DNA of 64,000 nt from positions 27,280,001 to 27,344,000 of the forward strand of contig CM022673.1 in the NCBI GenBank assembly GCA_012295275.1, in the 5' to 3' direction. The notes under the pieces were generated by a model that saw only the letters and a list, made by a program, of their open reading frames with translations, was not told the origin of the DNA and searched no databases. The number at the start of each line of letters is the position of its first letter. The first letter of the stretch is position 1. The translations under genes and the position numbers were made by a program. Positions 56,501-64,000 of this stretch are shown here, piece after piece. Source of the DNA: Chrysomallon squamiferum (lineage: Eukaryota > Animalia > Mollusca).

Positions 56501-58395
56501 TATGTAGAATTATTTTATTTTTATATGTATATTTGTTTAGAAGTGTCACTAAAAGCAAAGCCGTTGACCATGGAGAAAGAATCAGCATACACGTGGAGAA
56601 GTCATGGAGTCGCATTATCGCCAAATGCCACTTTCTTTGTCACTGCTATGAGGTAACCTTTTTTCAGACATGTTTTATGTTCAGTAACAGTTTGCAGAAA
56701 ATATTGTAAATTCTGAATACTTACCATATCATCAGTATTAGTGCTTTTTAATTTATTTATGTGAAAATAAACTGAAACAAGACAGGTGTCTGGATAGTCT
56801 TCATGCTTCACTTAGAAACCATGATAACATGATGTACTGTAATTGTGAAAAGAAGTCTTTTGTGAATTGGGGATTTAATTTTGGGTTTTAATCAGAATCT
56901 GATGTGTAATTTTGTCACCATCACAACAAATACAGTCTTGTATATTTATTTAAAATATTTTTTTATTTTTCAGTCCCTCCTCCAGTTATGACCATTTGTC
57001 TATCAGAAATCCCTTGAAAGTAAGTTAAATTTAGAAAAAAAAAATATTCATAATTATTTTATAATGACATTTTAATTTGTTTTATACTTTATTTAACTTG
57101 ACATATATATATATATTTTTCATTTTGTTATAAATTTGTAGAAAATGTTTTATTTGTAATTCTGAATTTTTCCTACTTAGGTTTTTTTTTTTTTTTTTAA
57201 GGTTCAGTTCTCTCTCTTGAATGTACTCGACACTAACAGCTTGGAAAAAACTTTGTATGAAAATACAGGTAAAAACATCTATTTTATTTTATTTACATTT
57301 TATTTTTATTTTAGAAAAACAAAACAAATTAAACCTCTGTTTTCAAATTTTCAAGTTACTTGAATATAAATATGAGAAAAGTTAAACAATTCTGTTGAGA
57401 ACATATACCTGCTAAAATTCTCAAAAACATTTAATACAAATATGAAATGATCTACTTAAGTAATTTATATTTCTTTTTTAATACTTTATTGTTGAGCTTG
57501 ATACAAAGTTAAGCTGAATATAAATATTTTATTTTTTAATTTATTTTAAAGTATTTTCCAGTTTGAGTATCTTTCAGGGGATTGTGTATTTCTGATGAGA
57601 AACTTACTAATTTGCCTTTTTTTTTTTACATTGAATGTATGCAATGTTTGTTTTTTAAAGAGATCATTCATCGGATGGGTGATGTACTTGAAGGATATCG
57701 TCTCTGTCTGTTTGCTGAAAGTAACATAACTGAGTTGCTATGCCAACACAGGTTACACATCACAGCGCATTCAGCAGAAGAAAAAATGTCTATTTTACAG
57801 ATGCATAGGTATTTTATTAACAAGTTGTAATCTGTTGCATGTAAGATAGAATAGAAATCTGAAGTTTTATATTTTGAATAGAAACAAATATTGACTTCCT
57901 TCTTTCATTTTATGATGTTGGTGATCAGTTAGCCTTTTCATTTAATTATTTTAATACCTTTTAATAATAAATAAAATTATTATAATGTACAAACAATATG
58001 ATAAATTGCCATTTGTTTAATAAAAACTATTGACTAAATTATTTGATACATTTTATGTTATCAGGATACTAACATATTACATTAATTTGAATTAAAATAT
58101 ATTTTAAAAAATGTTATTTATATATTTATTTACATTTTACAGTGATTACCACAGCAAAATAATTTTTCATTTTGTTAAAATTCAGGTACAAGATATTGGT
58201 AATGAAGCAGTTCTTTCCAGTTAATCCTCTAGTCACAGGAGAGGTAGTTAATTATTTTAATTAATAACTTTAATTAATACTTTTTATATTTTTATAATGT
58301 GGAATTTTCTTTTATTATTATTATTATTATAGTTTTTTTGGATAATTTTTTAATGTAACTATAGATATTTTTTATCTTTATTATTTTTATATTAC

Positions 58396-58465
<70 letters not shown>

Positions 58466-60671
58466 TCAGGTTAGTATTCCAGTTGACAAGGACTTGGAAA
58501 GACTGACAGACAATCTGATGAAGTGTCACATTCTCTCATGTTTCAAACATGTTTTAAAAAAGTCACGAAAGAAAACTTCATTGAGCACTAAAGGTCAGTT
58601 ACAGTTAAAATTAAATATTTTGTTTTTAGTAGATGATGATAGTGACATACAGTTCTCTATATATAACTAAAAAAATAATAAACAAATTCTTTATTCCAGA
58701 TACACGTATTCTGTCTCAGTTGTGGAGATGGTTGAATATCAGGTTGTCTGAGGATGAAAATTCTGGTTCCGTCATTTCACAAGACATGCAGAAGATTAAA
58801 AATCTGGTTGGAGAGTCTTCTATAAACTCACCAGAATTGTGTGCTGTTTGTGGAGAAGATATCCTTTTACGAAAAAAACCCTTCTCATATGGAATATTTT
58901 GCTTGTAAAAAAAAGATTTTTTTTTTTTTTTTTAAATTTTATTCAAATAAAAAAATTAAAATAAATAAATATTTATCATATTTAATTCTGTTTTTTTACG
59001 AGATTTATGTAGATTGTGTACATGTTGGCCATTTTGAGTAATTAAAAACATTTTTAGGCTTCATTACATTTAATTATATACAGACAGTTGGAGTACATAC
59101 TCACCAAGACTGAAATTAAGACACCTGGTTTATTCAGTGGGTTGATGGATGTAAATCAGTTGAAGGTTTCCTTTGTTTTTCCTTGACTTGAACACAGCTA
59201 ATGATAGAGCAGCTGACATGCAGATGCAGCAATGGACATGCTTTTGGTAGGTTTCCCTTGAATTACAGGGTTGATTAATGTTAGACCTTTAACATTTCCA
59301 TTTTTCTTTTGTTTACTTTTACTTAAAATGTGCAGATATTTCAAATAATTATGACAACTGTTTGAAATATAACTTATTTTAAAACCAGGGTGGACTAAAA
59401 CTGAGACCAGAAATTAAACAGCTCTACAATGGTAGAGGGTCATTATTTTTTTTTTAATAAACAGCTTCAGCCATTTCAGTCTATGTCAACGAGGAAAAGA
59501 ACAGTTGCACATCATAGACTGTAAGGTCTCATGTGTGTGAATATTTGTTGTATCATATTTTTTTCATACAGTGAAAAAATATAAATGATCTGTGAATTTC
59601 GATTGTACAGGTTCTGTGATGATGCTAATTAGAGACACATCAGTGATGAAATGTTAATGTGTGTCTGATTGTATTTTACAGCACTTTGCTGCTACAGTTT
59701 GTTACCCTGTCAAGAGATGTTGTTCAGAATTACACACACATCAGTGATGAAATGTTAATGTGTATCTGATTGTATTTTACAGCACTTTGCTGCTACAGTT
59801 TGTTACCCTGTCAAGAGATGTTGTTCAGAATTACACACACATCAGTGATGAGATGTTAATGTGTGTCTGATTGTATTTTACAGCACTTTGCTGCTACAGT
59901 TTGTTACCCTGTCAAGAGATGTTGTTCAGAAAGTGTCGAGTGTGCAGTGAGTCAGCACTGCTACTGGAATATCTTCAAGGTGTGTGAATTTTCAACATGG
60001 TTTTAATATCATTAATAATCAGTCAGAGATTTCATTCTTTTTTATCAGATAGAAAGATACATCTAGTGATTGAACAATGTCTTAAGAAGCTTGATATTAA
60101 AAGATATATTGTGACATCTGTTAATTCAATACAGTGGAATATGAAGACCAAAAAAATAAAAATAAAGATTATTTATTTAATACTTTTCTGTTTTAACAAC
60201 ATCTCAATATATTAATGTTAAAGTCAATCATATACTTCTCACAGATTTTGGTGTCTGTTCAACATTTGTATACTAAGACACAAACAGTTTCTTCATACTT
60301 CTGCAGTTTACAGTTTTAGCAATATATTAATAGTTAAGACTGTTATAGATTTCATTTTCTTATACATAGCCACATCTATTAAATCAATTCAGTTGAACGT
60401 TAAGACCAAACAAATATTTTAATTATATATTCCTGTGATTTGCACTTTTAACCATATTTTTACATATTGATAAGTACATTAAATTTAATGTTAAGGAAAA
60501 AATTGTGTTACATGTGCTGGTAGATGATACGTTAGTTTAATCCAGTGTTTGAATTTTCTTTAAAGTAACAAATTTTATTTTATAAATTAATGTGTTTTGT
60601 TTATTTCAGATACACATGTGTTTCCTAGCAAATTAACAAGGTGTATTCTGTGTCAGGGACAGCTGGTGTGA
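51616..60671 (+). CDS. GTF3C4: General transcription factor IIIC subunit 4 (TFIIIC90), ~681 aa, 20 exons: 51616-51729, 52147-52279, 52847-52964, 53348-53420, 53900-53996, 54318-54447, 54665-54756, 55156-55301, 55623-55758, 56201-56284, 56541-56652, 56974-57019, 57202-57268, 57661-57808, 58186-58243, 58470-58593, 58700-58858, 59196-59246, 59884-59979, 60610-60671
   Basis: LSWSEENKIA, ARWSSLGGDIFDRCLLACLSHDHRLTI, LLAVGMKNGDVVIW, HGVALSPN and C-terminal zinc finger CAVC...CSNGHAFALCCYSLLPC...CRVC...CILC resemble TFIIIC90 as I recall it; phases consistent across all junctions, sum 2046 nt. Confidence 0.88.
58859..59195 (+). other. U12-type (minor spliceosome) AT-AC intron in GTF3C4
   Basis: 5' end ATATCCTTTT, branch site TTCCTTGAC at 59179-59187, terminal AC at 59194-59195; removal gives in-frame CAVCGE-E-LMIEQLTCRCSNGH. 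Confidence 0.9.
59635..59930 (+). repeat. Three-copy 101-bp tandem repeat spanning an intron-exon junction of GTF3C4
   Basis: cagtgatga at 59641, 59742, 59843; each unit has gtattttacag|cactttgctgctac...gttcagaa; near-identical copies. Confidence 0.95.
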
Positions 60672-62302
60672 AATCATTTTACTTGTTGCTTCTCTACAGA
60701 AATGAAGTGAAGGGGACACAATGACCATATGTCCACTGTTTTGTCATTCAGTAGACACAGATCATTCATAGTAGCAACAAAAAATAACAACAACAATGAT
60801 AATAGAAAAAAGAAGAAAAACTTTCTAAACTTTCTAAATAATATTTACTGTCATGGATACAATTATCATTTCATTTGTCCAATCCTGGTGAAAGAATAAG
60901 TAAATAAAGTGATTTTAAAAAAAAAAATAACTCTGGTGTTAATAATTATATTTATTCAGTTTATAACATTTCCACCTGTTTTTACCTGCTAGAAATGCTT
61001 TCATTTATACGATTTGACAATACAGAATATGATTTATTTTCTTAATGTCCATTATTTTATTTATTGTTTTACTGTGAATAATTACATATGGTTCAGGTTA
61101 CCTTACTGATCTTAATTTGTTTCACTAAAATTATCGTTTACAAATTATTATTATTATTATTGTTATTGTTATTAATTTCTTGCAGTTTTTTCTTCATTTC
61201 TTTATTATTTCGATCACTTCAAACCTGGTATTTCATATTATTTTACTTTATTTTTATTAAATTGTTTTTATTTTACTTTATTTTCTTTATTCTTTATTAT
61301 TTATTATATTTTATTAGTTTAGTAGTAGTAGTAGTAGTAGTAATAGCAGCAGTAGTAGTAGTATCTTGAGAATAACAAAGAAAGAAAGAAAGAAATGAAG
61401 ATAAAAATAATATTTTAGCATATTTAAAATTTTGGTCCACCTATAATCAGATTAAAATAATATATATATATTATTGAACTTTATTTGTTTCCTCTTCAGA
61501 TTTTGTCTAACTGAAAAGAATAATATATTATATACAACATTTTTTTTTTTTTTTAAATTACAATATTTGTTAACTGGGTGAACTCAAGATTATATTCAGT
61601 CATAAAAAAATAATTGTTTTACAATGTCATACATACCTTGAAGTGTGGTTAAAGTAGTTAACACACTGGACTAAGATAACGATCCAATATACTCTCAGTA
61701 AAATTATGTAAACAGAATATTTTGTTTAGTACCTTTTCCTCATCTTTTCTTTATTTTTCAGTAAACTGTGCAGTACAAAATAAATATAATTCTATTGCTA
61801 AAATTAGACAAACTATGTGACGTCACAAACGTATGACGTTTTGTACTTTACAACGTAGACTTGATCTTGTAATGTGGTATAAAGCTGTTGCGTTTTAATA
61901 TTCTTCATCGCAAAATTATAAATCGTTTACTTTTTAACTGAATCAAAACATTTTTAATGAAAGTATAAGAACATGGAGATTTCAGCAACAGTCGCAGGAA
62001 AATTACTTTTGGAAAATAATGATACGACGAAGTCCGATGATAAGGTTTGAAAGTAGTGCAAGTCATAATGATAATTTTGTATTGTTAGTTTATATGAATC
62101 CAAAGGATATGTGACATGGATTAGATGTACATTAGTATTTCATTTACATTTTATTTGCTTTCCAGTTGTATAATTGAACAAAAAATAGTAATAATAATAA
62201 AAAATAAAAACGAAACAAATTAACATGCACATATTTGTTTATTGCTCTTGTTTAAAAACTTTTTCGATACAGTATTCTATTTTAATGTGTTCTGAAGGAT
62301 AA

Positions 62303-62346
<44 letters not shown>

Positions 62347-63745
62347 TAATGAAAGCACTTCTCCAACTTTAGTGTTCTGAAACTGTGGCTGTTGACTTTG
62401 CTGTCATGGTAACGCGAGCCGAACGAACAAAACAGAGATTTGAAAGTCTTGTTACGAATGGCTCGGGTCAGTGGACAGCTGTCTGCAACGATATCGTCAA
62501 TAACGTCTTTCACAACAGCTTTACATCTGTACCTTTACTACCAGCACGGGAACTGGCAAGTTCAACAATTCAAAAAATATATATTCTAACATAAAAAGAT
62601 AAAGAAAACTGATATCAGTTAAGTACACAAAAATAAAAGGAGGGGAAAACACGCAGACAAAAACCTATAATAAGAAGACAGCCCCATTAACCAAAAGTTA
62701 GTTGCAAAAATTAAATGACATGAAACCATGAACTGGCAAGCTGCATGAAACATTTGCTATGATGGGAATGATTCAAGGTCATATTTCATAACTTGTTATT
62801 GTCTTTAAAAAAAAAAAAAAAAACATTTACGTTTAAATTTTTTTTTTAAATACTTCATATTTTACACACACACACACACACACACAAATAAATACAAACA
62901 CCCAAACATGGATATTAAACACAAATTCTTCTTATGATTATTATTACTATTAAATATCCCTAAATCAGTCACGAATACTGATAACAAAGAATTCTCATTG
63001 TAACTCAAGTTTTAAAATTATATAATTTCCGCACAGTATATCTTAGATTCAGATGATGGCTATTGTTAGTTTAAAACGAGGCTCTGCATTGATAACGTGA
63101 AGTGGAAACTTCCTATATAGGTGATGAGATTATCAGAAAATCAGTTGTAGTGTCGATAGGGCTAACTTAAAACCACCACGCCACATCTTGATGAAATGCG
63201 TTACGATTTGATAACATTTGTACGCTATAGTTACCCAGGTTAACAGAATAACCAATCAAAATGAACCAAACAGTTAAGTCTTATTTTTGAAATTCATTCA
63301 AAATCATTTTAATGATAAAATGTTGTATTTTTAAAAAATATATATTTATATATATTTATAGCAGTTTGTTTTAATTTTGGCTCTTATGTACCATCGTAAT
63401 TTACGTTTATAATGAAATGTCTAATTTTGACCATGGAATATGGTACCGATGTTAATCAAAACCGTTATTTTTAAAATTCAGTATTCGATAAAGTTGTTTA
63501 TAGAATGACGTCATAAAGGTGCACGAGAGTAATATAAATAAATAAATTAATTAATAATGTAAAAACTAAATTTAAAAATCAATCTAAAACAACAACAGAC
63601 TAACAAAAATAAGAACAAAAACTAAACAGAAGCAGAACAAGAGGCTAAACAGCCGCTTCGTGTAACTGCAATAAAAATCCTCAACGTGGTAATCGAAATA
63701 TCATCTTCAGTATTGACTGAAGCTGTTCTCACCTGTGTGGATAAG

Positions 63746-63811
63746 ATGCCAGGTATTTACTTTACAGACTACAGCGAATTAAATATTACAAATGTTGTTT
63801 CTCAGGTTGAA
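63746..63811 (+). CDS. Possible first coding exon of a downstream gene (MPGIYFTDYSELNITNVVSQVE)
   Basis: ATG in aagATG context, non-repetitive codons, followed by GTACGT donor-like site; no recognisable homology. Confidence 0.25.
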
Positions 63812-64000
63812 GTACGTGCCATCTTATTATTTATGCATTTATTTATGCATTTATTTATGCATTTATTTATGCATTTATTATTATTATTATTATTATTATT
63901 AATTCCGCTAAATTAAAGCAAACCAAAAGGAAAAAATAAGAACAAAATTAACTTTGTTTTAAATTAAATTGGTTATGTCGGTCTCAGTATCATTCCAAAT

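Noticed and set aside
59616-59870. C/D-box snoRNA-like TGATGA...CTGA motifs in the 101-bp repeat
   Set aside because: Box spacing is short, no recognisable rRNA guide or terminal stem, and the repeat is explained by junction duplication.
59635-59930. CRISPR-like repeat array
   Set aside because: Eukaryotic context, whole units are identical with no unique spacers, no cas genes.
62277-62594. Overlapping short ORFs on both strands
   Set aside because: No motif, non-ATG starts or microsatellite content, no clear splice context.

Overview
AT-rich, microsatellite-dense genomic DNA from an intron-rich animal (invertebrate-like; a mollusc or other lophotrochozoan is my guess, not shown by the sequence). 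I could assemble by eye, with splice phases checked: a single-coding-exon 11-mer-repeat LEA3/perilipin-like gene (+), a 3-exon PDZ-only PDLIM/Zasp-like gene (-), an intronless permuted papain-fold (His...Asn-Cys) protein (-), a sphingosine-1-phosphate phosphatase (SGPP, PAP2 family) locus (-), an 11-exon PHGDH (-) and a divergently oriented 20-exon GTF3C4/TFIIIC90 (+), plus two MITEs and several tandem repeats. The standout is the SGPP locus: three paralogous, tandem first coding exons, each with PAP2 motifs C1 and C2 and a phase-0 donor, sit upstream of a single exon 2 and exon 3, resembling the variable/constant architecture of UGT1A or clustered protocadherins. GTF3C4 contains a U12-type AT-AC intron and a triplicated splice acceptor. 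Most ORF-track entries are microsatellite or antisense artefacts.
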